Assembly (NCBI GenBank): GCA_964016885.1
Contig: OZ024759.1
Span: forward strand, 1,426,001 to 1,490,000
DNA: 64,000 nt
Reading direction: 5' to 3'
Source: Eledone cirrhosa
Taxonomy: Eukaryota
This document shows, piece after piece, positions 1 through 15,600 of this stretch (its first letter is position 1; every line of letters begins with the position of its first letter). The notes below the pieces were generated by a model. The model saw nothing but the letters and a program-made list of their open reading frames with translations. It ran no database searches and was not told the origin of the DNA. A program made the translations under genes and the position numbers.

Positions 1-169
1 CAGTCTATATTAGTAACATGACAAAGTCTATATTAGTAACATGACAGTCTATATTAGTAACATGACAAAGTCTATATTAGTAACATGACAAAGTCTATAT
101 TAGTAACATGACAGTCTATATTAGTAACATGACACAGTCTATATTAGTAACATGACAAAGTCTATATTA

Positions 170-870
170 GTAACATGACACAGTCTATATTAGTAACATG
201 ACACAGTCTATATTAGTAACATGACACAGTTTATATTAGTAACATGACAAAGTCTATATTAGTAACATGACAAAGTCTATATTAGTAACATGGCAGTCTA
301 TATTAGTTACATGACAAAGTCTATATTAGTAACATGACACAGTCTATATTAGTAACATGACAAAGACTCTATTAGTAACATGACAAAGTCTATATTAGTA
401 ACATGACAGTCTATATTAGTAACATGACAAAATCTATATTAGTAACATGACAGTCTATATTAGTAACATGACAAAGTCTATATTAGTAACATGACAGTCT
501 ATATTGTACCATGACACAGTCTATATTAGTAACATGACACAGTCTATATTAGTAACATGACACAGTTTATATTAGTAACATGACAAAGTCTATATTAGTA
601 ACATGACAAAGTCTATATTAGTAACATGGCAGTCTATATTAGTAACATGACAAAGTCTATATTAGTAACATGACACTGTCTATATTAGTAACATGACAAA
701 GACTCTATTAGTAACATGACAAAGTCTATATTAGTAACATGACAGTCTATATTAGTAACATGACAAAATCTATATTAGTAACATGACAGTCTATATTAGT
801 AACATGACAAAGTCTATATTAGTAACATGACAGTCTATATTGTACCATGACACAGTCTATATTAGTAACA
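170..870. repeat. 336-bp tandem duplication within the array (also present at ~8035-8735)
   Basis: gactct at 365 and 701; tgtacc at 505 and 841; gactct at 8230 and 8566. All offsets are 336. Confidence 0.85.
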
Positions 871-1629
871 TGACATAGTCTATATTAGTAACATGACAAA
901 GTCTATATTAGTAACATGACAGTCTATATTGTAACATGACACAGTCTATATTAGTAACATGACACAGTCTATATTAGTAACATGACAGTCTATATTAGTA
1001 ACATGACACAGTCTATATTAGTAACATGACACAGTCTATATTAGTAACATGACAGTCTATATTAGTAGCATGGCAATGTCTATATTAGTAACATGACACA
1101 GTCTATATTAGTAACAAGACATAGTCTATATTAGTAACATGACATAGTCTATATTAGTAGCATGACAAAGTCTATATTAGTAACATGACAAAGTCTATAT
1201 TAGTAACATGACACAGTCTATCTTAGTAACATGACAAAGTCTATATTAGTAACATGACACAGTCTATATTAGTAACATGACAAAGTCTATATTAGTAGCA
1301 TGACAAAGTCTATATTAGTAACATGACACAGTCTATATTAGTAACATGACAAAGTCTATATTAGTAACATGACAAAGTCTATATTAGTAACATGACAAAG
1401 TCTATATTAGTAACATGACTAAGTCTATATTAGTAACATGACACAGTCTATATTAGTAACATGACAGTCTATATTAGTAGCATGACAAAGTCTATATTAG
1501 TAACATGACAAAGTCTATATTAGTAACATGACACAGTCTATATTAGTAACATGACACAGTCTATATTAGTAACATGACAGTCTATATTAGTAACATGACA
1601 AAGTCTATATTAGTAACATGGCAAAGTCT

Positions 1630-2330
1630 ATGTTAGTAACATGACAAAGTCTATATTAGTAACATGACAGTCTATATTAGTAACATGACACATTCTATAT
1701 TAGTAACATGACAAAGTCTATATTAGTAGCATGACAAAGTCTATATTAGTAACATGACAGTCTATATTAGTAACATGCCAAAGTCTATATTAGTAGCATG
1801 ACAAAGTCTATATTAGTAACATGACACAGTCTATATTAGTAACATGACACAGTCTATATTAGTAACATGACACAGTCTATATTAGTAGCATGACAAAGTC
1901 TATATTAGTAACATGACAAAGTCTATATTAGTAACATGACAAAGTCTATATTAGTAACATGACATAGTCTATATTAGTAGCATGACAAAGTCTATATTAG
2001 TAACATGACAAAGTCTATATTAGTAACATGACAGTCTATATTAGTAACATGACACATTCTATATTAGTAACATGACAAAGTCTATATTAGTAGCATGACA
2101 AAGTCTATATTAGTAACATGACAGTCTATATTAGTAACATGCCAAAGTCTATATTAGTAGCATGACAAAGTCTATATTAGTAACATGACACAGTCTATAT
2201 TAGTAACATGACACAGTCTATATTAGTAACATGACACAGTCTATATTAGTAGCATGACAAAGTCTATATTAGTAACATGACAAAGTCTATATTAGTAACA
2301 TGACAAAGTCTATATTAGTAATATGACAAA
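1630..2330. repeat. 364-bp tandem duplication (also present near 9.5-10.2, 15.8-16.5 and 18.4-19.1 kb)
   Basis: cattct at 1691/2055, 15879/16243, 18438/18802; gccaaag at 1777/2141. All offsets are 364. Confidence 0.85.
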
Positions 2331-3119
2331 GTCTATATTAGTAACATGACACAGTGTATATTAGTAATATGACAGTCTATATTAGTAGCATGACAAAGTC
2401 TATATTAGTAACATGACAAAGTCTATATTAGTAACATGACACAGTCTATATTAGTAACATGACACAGTCTATATTAGTAACATGACACAGTCTATATTAG
2501 TAACATGACAAAGTCTATATTAGTAACATGGCAAAGTCTATATTAGTAACATGACAAAGTCTATATTAGTAACATGACATGGTCTATATTAGTAACATGA
2601 CACAGTCTATATTAGTAACATGACAAAGTCTATATTAGTAACATGACAGTCTATATTAGTAACATGCCAAAGTCTATATTAGTAGCATGACAAAGTCTAT
2701 ATTAGTAGCATGACACAGTCTATATTAGTAACATGACATAGTCTATATTAGTAACATGACACAGTCTATATTAGTAGCATGACAAAGTCTATATTAGTAA
2801 CATGACAAAGTCTATATTAGTAACATGAGAAAGTCTATATTAGTAACATGACACAGTCTATATTAGTAATATGACAAAGTCTATATTAGTAACATGACAC
2901 AGTCTATATTAGTAACATGACACAGTCTATATTAGTAACATGACACAGTCTATATTAGTAACATGCAAAGTCTATATTAGTAGCATGACAAAGTCTATAT
3001 TAGTAACATGACAAAGTCTATATTAGTAACATGACACAGTCTATATTAGTAACATGACAAAGTCTATATTAGTAACATGACGGTCTATATTAGTAACATG
3101 ACAGTCTATATTAGTAGCA

Positions 3120-6100
3120 TGACAAAGTCTATATTAGTAACATGACACAGTCTATATTAGTAACATGACACAGTCTATATTAGTAACATGACAAAGTCTA
3201 TATTAGTAGCATGACAAAGTCTATATTAGTAACATGACACAGTCTATATTAGTAACGTGACAAAGTCTATATTAGTAGCATGACAAAGTCTATATTAGTA
3301 ACATGACAAAGTCTATATTAGTAACATGACACAGTCTATATTAGTAACATGACAGTCTATATTAGTAACATGACAGTCCATATTAGTAGCATGACAAAGT
3401 CTATATTAGTAACATGACAAAGTCTATATTAGTAACATGACACAGTCTATATTAGTAACATGACACAGTCTATATTAGTAACATCATACAGTCTATATTA
3501 GTAACATGACAAAGTCTATATTAGTAACATGGCAAAGTCTATATTAGTAACATGACACAGTCTATATTAGTAACATGACAAGGCCTATATTAGTAACATG
3601 ACACAGTCTATATTAGTAACATGACAAAGTCTATATTAGTAACATGACAGTCTATATTAGTAACATGACAAAGTCTATATTAGTAACATGACAAAGTCTA
3701 TATTAGTAACATGACAGTCATTATTAGTAACATGACACAGTCTATATTAGTAACATGACAAAGTCTATATTAGTAACATGACACAGTCTATATTAGTAAC
3801 ATGACACAGTCTATATTAGTAACATGACACAGTTTATATTAGTAACATGACAAAGTCTATATTAGTAACATGACAAAGTCTATATTAGTAACATGGCAGT
3901 CTATATTAGTTACATGACAAAGTCTATATTAGTAACATGACACAGTCTATATTAGTAACATGACAAAGACTCTATTAGTAACATGACAAAGTCTATATTA
4001 GTAACATGACAGTCTATATTAGTAACATGACAAAATCTATATTAGTAACATGACAGTCTATATTAGTAACATGACAAAGTCTATATTAGTAACATGACAG
4101 TCTATATTGTACCATGACACAGTCTATATTAGTAACATGACATAGTCTATATTAGTAACATGACAAAGTCTATATTAGTAACATGACAGTCTATATTGTA
4201 ACATGACACAGTCTATATTAGTAACATGACACAGTCTATATTAGTAACATGACAGTCTATATTAGTAACATGACAAAGTCTATATTAGTAACATGACAAA
4301 GTGTATATTAGTAACATGACAAAGTCTATATTAGTAGCATGACACAGTCTATATTAGTAACATGACAAAGTCTATATTAGTAACATGACACAGTCTATAT
4401 TAGTAACATGACAAAGTCTATATTAGTAACATGACACAGTCTATATTAGTAACATGACATAGTCTATATTAGTAACATGACAAAGTCTATATTAGTAGCA
4501 TGACACAGTCTAAATTAGTAACATGACACAGTCTATATTAGTAACATGACAGTCTATATTAGTTACATGACACAGTCTATATTAGTAACATGACAAAGTC
4601 TATATTAGTAGTATGACAAAGTCTATATTAGTAACATGACAGTCTATATTAGTAACATGACAAAGTCTATATTAGTAGCATGACAAAGTCTATATTAGTA
4701 GCATGACACAGTCTATATTAGTAACATGACACTGTCTATATTAGTAACATGACACAGTCTATATTAGTAACATGACAAAGTCTATATTAGTAGCATGACA
4801 AAGTCTATATTAGTAACATGACAAAGTCTATATTAGTAACATGACACAGTCTATATTAGTAACATGACAAAGTCTATATTAGTAACATGACACAGTCTAT
4901 ATTAGTAACATGACACAGTCTATATTAGTAACATGACAAAGTCTATATTAGTAGCATGACAAAGTCTATATTAGTAACATGACACAGTCTATATTAGTAA
5001 CGTGACAAAGTCTATATTAGTAGCATGACAAAGTCTATATTAGTAACATGACAAAGTCTATATTAGTAACATGACACAGTCTATATTAGTAACATGACAG
5101 TCTATATTAGTAACATGACAGTCCATATTAGTAGCATGACAAAGTCTATATTAGTAACATGACAAAGTCTATATTAGTAACATGACACAGTCTATATTAG
5201 TAACATGACACAGTCTATATTAGTAACATCATACAGTCTATATTAGTAACATGACAAAGTCTATATTAGTAACATGGCAAAGTCTATATTAGTAACATGA
5301 CACAGTCTATATTAGTAACATGACAAGGCCTATATTAGTAACATGACACAGTCTATATTAGTAACATGACAAAGTCTATATTAGTAACATGACAGTCTAT
5401 ATTAGTAACATGACAAAGTCTATATTAGTAACATGACAAAGTCTATATTAGTAACATGACAGTCATTATTAGTAACATGACACAGTCTATATTAGTAACA
5501 TGACAAAGTCTATATTAGTAACATGACACAGTCTATATTAGTAACATGACACAGTCTATATTAGTAACATGACACAGTTTATATTAGTAACATGACAAAG
5601 TCTATATTAGTAACATGACAAAGTCTATATTAGTAACATGGCAGTCTATATTAGTTACATGACAAAGTCTATATTAGTAACATGACACAGTCTATATTAG
5701 TAACATGACAAAGACTCTATTAGTAACATGACAAAGTCTATATTAGTAACATGACAGTCTATATTAGTAACATGACAAAATCTATATTAGTAACATGACA
5801 GTCTATATTAGTAACATGACAAAGTCTATATTAGTAACATGACAGTCTATATTGTACCATGACACAGTCTATATTAGTAACATGACATAGTCTATATTAG
5901 TAACATGACAAAGTCTATATTAGTAACATGACAGTCTATATTGTAACATGACACAGTCTATATTAGTAACATGACACAGTCTATATTAGTAACATGACAG
6001 TCTATATTAGTAACATGACAAAGTCTATATTAGTAACATGACAAAGTGTATATTAGTAACATGACAAAGTCTATATTAGTAGCATGACACAGTCTATATT

Positions 6101-6635
6101 AGTAACATGACAAAGTCTATATTAGTAACATGACACAGTCTATATTAGTAACATGACAAAGTCTATATTAGTAACATGACACAGTCTATATTAGTAACAT
6201 GACATAGTCTATATTAGTAACATGACAAAGTCTATATTAGTAGCATGACACAGTCTAAATTAGTAACATGACACAGTCTATATTAGTAACATGACAGTCT
6301 ATATTAGTTACATGACACAGTCTATATTAGTAACATGACAAAGTCTATATTAGTAGTATGACAAAGTCTATATTAGTAACATGACAGTCTATATTAGTAA
6401 CATGACAAAGTCTATATTAGTAGCATGACAAAGTCTATATTAGTAGCATGACACAGTCTATATTAGTAACATGACACTGTCTATATTAGTAACATGACAC
6501 AGTCTATATTAGTAACATGACAAAGTCTATATTAGTAGCATGACAAAGTCTATATTAGTAACATGACAAAGTCTATATTAGTAACATGACACAGTCTATA
6601 TTAGTAACATGACAAAGTCTATATTAGTAACATGA
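3120..6635. repeat. 1745-bp tandem duplication
   Basis: Five markers at offset 1745: aacgtg CG 3256/5001, gtcca 3376/5121, catcat 3482/5227, gtcatt 3717/5462, gtctaaat 4508/6253. Confidence 0.92.
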
Positions 6636-9600
6636 CAAAGTCTATATTAGTAACATGACAGTCTATATTAGTAACATGACAAAGTCTATATTAGTAACAT
6701 GACAAAGTCTATATTAGTAACATGACAAAGTCTATATTAGTAACATGACACAGTCTATATTAGTAACATGACACAGTCTATATTAGTAACATGACAAAGT
6801 CTATATTAGTAACATGGCAAAGTCTATATTAGTAACATGACAAAGTCTATATTAGTAACATGACAAGGTCTATATTAGTAACATGACACAGTCTATATTA
6901 GTAACATGACAAAGTCTATATTAGTAACATGACAGTCTATATTAGTAACATGCCAAAGTCTATATTAGTAGCACGACAAAGTCTATATTAGTAGCATGAC
7001 ACAGTCTATATTAGTAACATGACATAGTCTATATTAGTAACATGACACAGTCTATATTAGTAGCATGACAAAGTCTATATTAGTAACATGACAAAGTCTA
7101 TATTAGTAACATGAGAAAGTCTATATTAGTAACATGACACAGTCTATATTAGTAACATGACAAAGTCTATATTAGTAACATGACACAGTCTATATTAGTA
7201 ACATGACACAGTCTATATTAGTAACATGCAAAGTCTATATTAGTAGCATGCAAAGTCTATATTAGTAACATGACAAAGTCTATATTAGTAACATGACACA
7301 GTCTATATTAGTAACATGACAAAGTCTATATTAGTAACATGACGGTCTATATTAGTAACATGACAGTCTATATTAGTAGCATGACAAAGTCTATATTAGT
7401 AACATGACACAGTCTATATTAGTAACATGACACAGTCTATATTAGTAACATGACAAAGTCTATATTAGTAGCATGACAAAGTCTATATTAGTAACATGAC
7501 ACAGTCTATATTAGTAACATGACAAAGTCTATATTAGTAGCATGACAAAGTCTATATTAGTAACATGACAAAGTCTATATTAGTAACATGACACAGTCTA
7601 TATTAGTAACATGACAGTCTATATTAGTAACATGACAGTCCATATTAGTAGCATGACAAAGTCTATATTAGTAACATGACAAAGTCTATATTAGTAACAT
7701 GACACAGTCTATATTAGTAACATGACACAGTCTATATTAGTAACATCATACAGTCTATATTAGTAACATGACAAAGTCTATATTAGTAACATGGCAAAGT
7801 CTATATTAGTAACATGACACAGTCTATATTAGTAACATGACAAGGCCTATATTAGTAACATGACACAGTCTATATTAGTAACATGACAAAGTCTATATTA
7901 GTAACATGACAGTCTATATTAGTAACATGACAAAGTCTATATTAGTAACATGACAAAGTCTATATTAGTAACATGACAGTCTATATTAGTAACATGACAC
8001 AGTCTATATTAGTAACATGACAAAGTCTATATTAGTAACATGACACAGTCTATATTAGTAACATGACACAGTCTATATTAGTAACATGACACAGTTTATA
8101 TTAGTAACATGACAAAGTCTATATTAGTAACATGACAAAGTCTATATTAGTAACATGGCAGTCTATATTAGTTACATGACAAAGTCTATATTAGTAACAT
8201 GACACAGTCTATATTAGTAACATGACAAAGACTCTATTAGTAACATGACAAAGTCTATATTAGTAACATGACAGTCTATATTAGTAACATGACAAAATCT
8301 ATATTAGTAACATGACAGTCTATATTAGTAACATGACAAAGTCTATATTAGTAACATGACAGTCTATATTGTACCATGACACAGTCTATATTAGTAACAT
8401 GACACAGTCTATATTAGTAACATGACACAGTTTATATTAGTAACATGACAAAGTCTATATTAGTAACATGACAAAGTCTATATTAGTAACATGGCAGTCT
8501 ATATTAGTAACATGACAAAGTCTATATTAGTAACATGACACAGTCTATATTAGTAACATGACAAAGACTCTATTAGTAACATGACAAAGTCTATATTAGT
8601 AACATGACAGTCTATATTAGTAACATGACAAAATCTATATTAGTAACATGACAGTCTATATTAGTAACATGACAAAGTCTATATTAGTAACATGACAGTC
8701 TATATTGTACCATGACACAGTCTATATTAGTAACATGACATAGTCTATATTAGTAACATGACAAAGTCTATATTAGTAACATGACAGTCTATATTGTAAC
8801 ATGACACAGTCTATATTAGTAACATGACACAGTCTATATTAGTAACATGACAGTCTATATTAGTAACATGACACAGTCTATATTAGTAACATGACACAGT
8901 CTATATTAGTAACATGACAGTCTATATTAGTAGCATGGCAATGTCTATATTAGTAACATGACACAGTCTATATTAGTAACAAGACATAGTCTATATTAGT
9001 AACATGACATAGTCTATATTAGTAGCATGACAAAGTCTATATTAGTAACATGACAAAGTCTATATTAGTAACATGACACAGTCTATCTTAGTAACATGAC
9101 AAAGTCTATATTAGTAACATGACACAGTCTATATTAGTAACATGACAAAGTCTATATTAGTAGCATGACAAAGTCTATATTAGTAACATGACACAGTCTA
9201 TATTAGTAACATGACAAAGTCTATATTAGTAACATGACAAAGTCTATATTAGTAACATGACAAAGTCTATATTAGTAACATGACTAAGTCTATATTAGTA
9301 ACATGACACAGTCTATATTAGTAACATGACAGTCTATATTAGTAGCATGACAAAGTCTATATTAGTAACATGACAAAGTCTATATTAGTAACATGACACA
9401 GTCTATATTAGTAACATGACACAGTCTATATTAGTAACATGACAGTCTATATTAGTAACATGACAAAGTCTATATTAGTAACATGGCAAAGTCTATGTTA
9501 GTAACATGACAAAGTCTATATTAGTAACATGACAGTCTATATTAGTAACATGACACATTCTATATTAGTAACATGACAAAGTCTATATTAGTAGCATGAC

Positions 9601-12600
9601 AAAGTCTATATTAGTAACATGACAGTCTATATTAGTAACATGCCAAAGTCTATATTAGTAGCATGACAAAGTCTATATTAGTAACATGACACAGTCTATA
9701 TTAGTAACATGACACAGTCTATATTAGTAACATGACACAGTCTATATTAGTAGCATGACAAAGTCTATATTAGTAACATGACAAAGTCTATATTAGTAAC
9801 ATGACAAAGTCTATATTAGTAACATGACATAGTCTATATTAGTAGCATGACAAAGTCTATATTAGTAACATGACAAAGTCTATATTAGTAACATGACAGT
9901 CTATATTAGTAACATGACACATTCTATATTAGTAACATGACAAAGTCTATATTAGTAGCATGACAAAGTCTATATTAGTAACATGACAGTCTATATTAGT
10001 AACATGCCAAAGTCTATATTAGTAGCATGACAAAGTCTATATTAGTAACATGACACAGTCTATATTAGTAACATGACACAGTCTATATTAGTAACATGAT
10101 ACAGTCTATATTAGTAGCATGACAAAGTCTATATTAGTAACATGACAAAGTCTATATTAGTAACATGACAAAGTCTATATTAGTAACATGACAAAGTCTA
10201 TATTAGTAACATGACACAGTGTATATTAGTAATATGACAGTCTATATTAGTAGCATGACAAAGTCTATATTAGTAACATGACAAAGTCTATATTAGTAAC
10301 ATGACACAGTCTATATTAGTAACATGACACAGTCTATATTAGTAACATGACACAGTCTATATTAGTAACATGACAAAGTCTATATTAGTAACATGGCAAA
10401 GTCTATATTAGTAACATGACAAAGTCTATATTAGTAACATGACATGGTCTATATTAGTAACATGACACAGTCTATATTAGTAACATGACAAAGTCTATAT
10501 TAGTAACATGACAGTCTATATTAGTAACATGCCAAAGTCTATATTAGTAGCATGACAAAGTCTATATTAGTAGCATGACACAGTCTATATTAGTAACATG
10601 ACATAGTCTATATTAGTAACATGACACAGTCTATATTAGTAGCATGACAAAGTCTATATTAGTAACATGACAAAGTCTATATTAGTAACATGAGAAAGTC
10701 TATATTAGTAACATGACACAGTCTATATTAGTAACATGACAAAGTCTATATTAGTAACATGACACAGTCTATATTAGTAACATGACACAGTCTATATTAG
10801 TAACATGACACAGTCTATATTAGTAACATGCAAAGTCTATATTAGTAGCATGACAAAGTCTATATTAGTAACATGACAAAGTCTATATTAGTAACATGAC
10901 ACAGTCTATATTAGTAACATGACAAAGTCTATATTAGTAACATGACGGTCTATATTAGTAACATGACAGTCTATATTAGTAGCATGACAAAGTCTATATT
11001 AGTAACATGACACAGTCTATATTAGTAACATGACACAGTCTATATTAGTAACATGACAAAGTCTATATTAGTAGCATGACAAAGTCTATATTAGTAACAT
11101 GACACAGTCTATATTAGTAACGTGACAAAGTCTATATTAGTAGCATGACAAAGTCTATATTAGTAACATGACAAAGTCTACATTAGTAACATGACACAGT
11201 CTATATTAGTAACATGACAGTCTATATTAGTAACATGACAGTCCATATTAGTAGCATGACAAAGTCTATATTAGTAACATGACAAAGTCTATATTAGTAA
11301 CATGACACAGTCTATATTAGTAACATGACACAGTCTATATTAGTAACATCATACAGTCTATATTAGTAACATGACAAAGTCTATATTAGTAACATGGTAA
11401 AGTCTATATTAGTAACATGACACAGTCTATATTAGTAACATGACAAGGCCTATATTAGTAACATGACACAGTCTATATTAGTAACATGACAAAGTCTATA
11501 TTAGTAACATGACAGTCTATATTAGTAACATGACAAAGTCTATATTAGTAACATGACAAAGTCTATATTAGTAACATGACAGTCATTATTAGTAACATGA
11601 CACAGTCTATATTAGTAACATGACAAAGTCTATATTAGTAACATGACACAGTCTATATTAGTAACATGACACAGTCTATATTAGTAACATGACACAGTTT
11701 ATATTAGTAACATGACAAAGTCTATATTAGTAACATGACAAAGTCTATATTAGTAACATGGCAGTCTATATTAGTTACATGACAAAGTCTATATTAGTAA
11801 CATGACACAGTCTATATTAGTAACATGACAAAGACTCTATTAGTAACATGACAAAGTCTATATTAGTAACATGACAGTCTATATTAGTAACATGACAAAA
11901 TCTATATTAGTAACATGACAGTCTATATTAGTAACATGACAAAGTCTATATTAGTAACATGACAGTCTATATTGTACCATGACACAGTCTATATTAGTAA
12001 CATGACATAGTCTATATTAGTAACATGACAAAGTCTATATTAGTAACATGACAGTCTATATTGTAACATGACACAGTCTATATTAGTAACATGACACAGT
12101 CTATATTAGTAACATGACAGTCTATATTAGTAACATGACAAAGTCTATATTAGTAACATGACAAAGTGTATATTAGTAACATGACAAAGTCTATATTAGT
12201 AGCATGACACAGTCTATATTAGTAACATGACAAAGTCTATATTAGTAACATGACACAGTCTATATTAGTAACATGACAAAGTCTATATTAGTAACATGAC
12301 ACAGTCTATATTAGTAACATGACATAGTCTATATTAGTAACATGACAAAGTCTATATTAGTAGCATGACACAGTCTAAATTAGTAACATGACACAGTCTA
12401 TATTAGTAACATGACAGTCTATATTAGTTACATGACACAGTCTATATTAGTAACATGACAAAGTCTATATTAGTAGTATGACAAAGTCTATATTAGTAAC
12501 ATGACAGTGTATATTAGTAACATGACAAAGTCTATATTATTAGCATGACAAAGTCTATATTAGTAGCATGACACAGTCTATATTAGTAACATGACACAGT

Positions 12601-15600
12601 CTATATTAGTAACATGACACAGTCTATATTAGTAACATGACAAAGTCTATATTAGTAGCATGACAAAGTCTATATTAGTAACATGACAAAGTCTATATTA
12701 GTAACATGACACAGTCTATATAAGTAACATGACAAAGTCTATATTAGTAACATGACAAAGTCTATATTAGTAACATGACAGTCTATATTAGTAACATGAC
12801 AAAGTCTATATTAGTAACATGACAAAGTCTCTATTAGTAACATGACAAAGTCTATATTAGTAACATGACAGTCTATATTAGTAACATGACAAAGTCTCTA
12901 TTAGTAACATGACAAAGTCTATATTAGTAACATGACAGTCTATATTAGTAACATGACAAAGTCTATATTAGTAACATGACAGTCTATATTGTAACATGAC
13001 ACAGTCTATATTAGTAACATGACACAGTTTATATTAGTAACATGACATAGTCTATATTAGTAACATGACAAAGTCTATATTAGTAACATGACAGTCTATA
13101 TTGTAACATGACACAGTCTATATTAGTAACATGACACAGTCTATATTAGTAACATGACAGTCTATATTAGTAACATGACAAAGTCTATATTAGTAACATG
13201 ACAAAGTCTATATTAGTAACATGACAAAGTCTATATTAGTAACATGACAAAGTCTATATTAGTAGCATGACACAGTCTATATTAGTAACATGACAAAGTC
13301 TATATTAGTAACATGACACAGTCTATATTAGTAACATGACAAAGTCTATATTAGTAGCATGACAAAGTCTATATTAGTAACATGACACAGTCTATATTAT
13401 TAACATGACACAGTCTATATTAGTAACATGACACAGTTTATATTAGTAGCATGACAAAGTCTATATTAGTAACATGACAAAGTCTATATTAGTAACATGA
13501 CAGTCTATATTGTAACATGACACAGTCTATATTAGTAACATGACAAAGTCTATATTAGTAGCATGACAAAGTCTATATTAGTAACATGACAAAGTCTATA
13601 TTAGTAACATGACACAGTCTATATTAGTAACATGACAGTCTATATTAGTAGCATGACAAAGTCTATATTAGTAACATGACAAAGTCTATATTAGTAACAT
13701 GACACAGTCTATATTAGTAACATGACACAGTCTATATTAGTAACATGACAGTCTATATTAGTAACATGACAAAGTCTATATTAGTAACATGGCAAAGTCT
13801 ATGTTAGTAACATGACAAAGTCTATATTAGTAACATGACAGTCTATATTAGTAACATGACACATTCTATATTAGTAACATGACAAAGTCTATATTAGTAG
13901 CATGACAAAGTCTATATTAGTAACATGACAGTCTATATTAGTAACATGCCAAAGTCTATATTAGTAGCATGACAAAGTCTATATTAGTAACATGACACAG
14001 TCTATATTAGTAACATGACACAGTCTATATTAGTAACATGACACAGTCTATATTAGTAGCATGACAAAGTCTATATTAGTAACATGACAAAGTCTATATT
14101 AGTAACATGACAAAGTCTATATTAGTAACATGACATAGTCTATATTAGTAGCATGACAAAGTCTATATTAGTAACATGACAAAGTCTATATTAGTAACAT
14201 GACAAAGTCTATATTAGTAGCATGACACAGTCTATATTAGCAACATGACAAAGTCTATATTAGTAACATGACACAGTCTATATTAGTAACATGACAAAGT
14301 CTATATTAGTAGCATGACAAAGTCTATATTAGTAACATGACACAGTCTATATTAGTAACATGACAAAGTCTATATTAGTAACATGACACTGTCTATATTA
14401 GTAACTTGACAAAGTCTATATTAGTAACATGACACAGTCTATATTAGTAACATGACACAGTCTATATTAGTAACATGACAAAGTCTATATTAGTAGCATG
14501 ACAAAGTCTATATTAGTAACATGACAAAGTCTATATTAGTAACATGACACAGTCTATGTTAGTAACATGACAAAGTCTATATTAGTAACATGACACAGTC
14601 TATATTAGTAACATGACAGTCTATATTAGTAAAATGACAGTCCATATTAGTAGCATGACAAAGTGTATATTAGTAACATGACAAAGTCTATATTAGTAAC
14701 ATGACACAGTCTATATTAGTAACATGACACAGTCTATATTAGTAACATCACACAGTCTATATTAGTAACATGACAAAGTCTATATTAGTAACATGACAAA
14801 GTCTATATTAGTAACATGACAGTCTATATTAGTAACATGACACAGTCTATATTAGTAACATGACAAAGTCTATATTAGTAACATGACACAGTCTATATTA
14901 GTAACATGACACAGTCTATATTAGTAACATGACACAGTTTATATTAGTAACATGACAAAGTCTATATTAGTAACATGACAAAGTCTATATTAGTAACATG
15001 GCAGTCTATATTAGTAACATGACAAAGTCTATATTAGTAACATTACACAGTCTATATTAGTAACATGACAAAGACTCTATTAGTAACATGACAAAGTCTA
15101 TATTAGTAACATGACAGTCTATATTAGTAACATGACAAAATCTATATTAGTAACATGACAGTCTATATTAGTAACATGACAAAGTCTATATTAGTAACAT
15201 GACAGTCTATATTGTACCATGACACAGTCTATATTAGTAACATGACATAGTCTATATTAGTAACATGACAAAGTCTATATTAGTAACATGACAGTCTATA
15301 TTGTAACATGACACAGTCTATATTAGTAACATGACACAGTCTATATTAGTAACATGACAGTCTATATTAGTAACATGACACAGTCTATATTAGTAACATG
15401 ACACAGTCTATATTAGTAACATGACAGTCTATATTAGTAGCATGGCAATGTCTATATTAGTAACATGACATAGTCTATATTAGTAGCATGACAAAGTCTA
15501 TATTAGTAACATGACACTGTCTATATTAGTAACATGACAAAGTCTATATTAGTAACATGACAAAGTCTATATTAGTAACATGACAAAGTCTATATTAGTA

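Larger units (their letters stand above)
1..12830. repeat. Large tandem duplication with offsets 7865 and 6120 bp (6120-bp unit; first copy carries the extra 1745-bp duplication)
   Basis: Offset 7865: gactct 365/8230, tgtacc 505/8370, ggcaatg 1072/8937, gagaaag 2827/10692, gtcca 3376/11241. Offset 6120: gtcca 5121/11241, and the lines from 5101 and from 11221 are near-identical. Confidence 0.9.
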
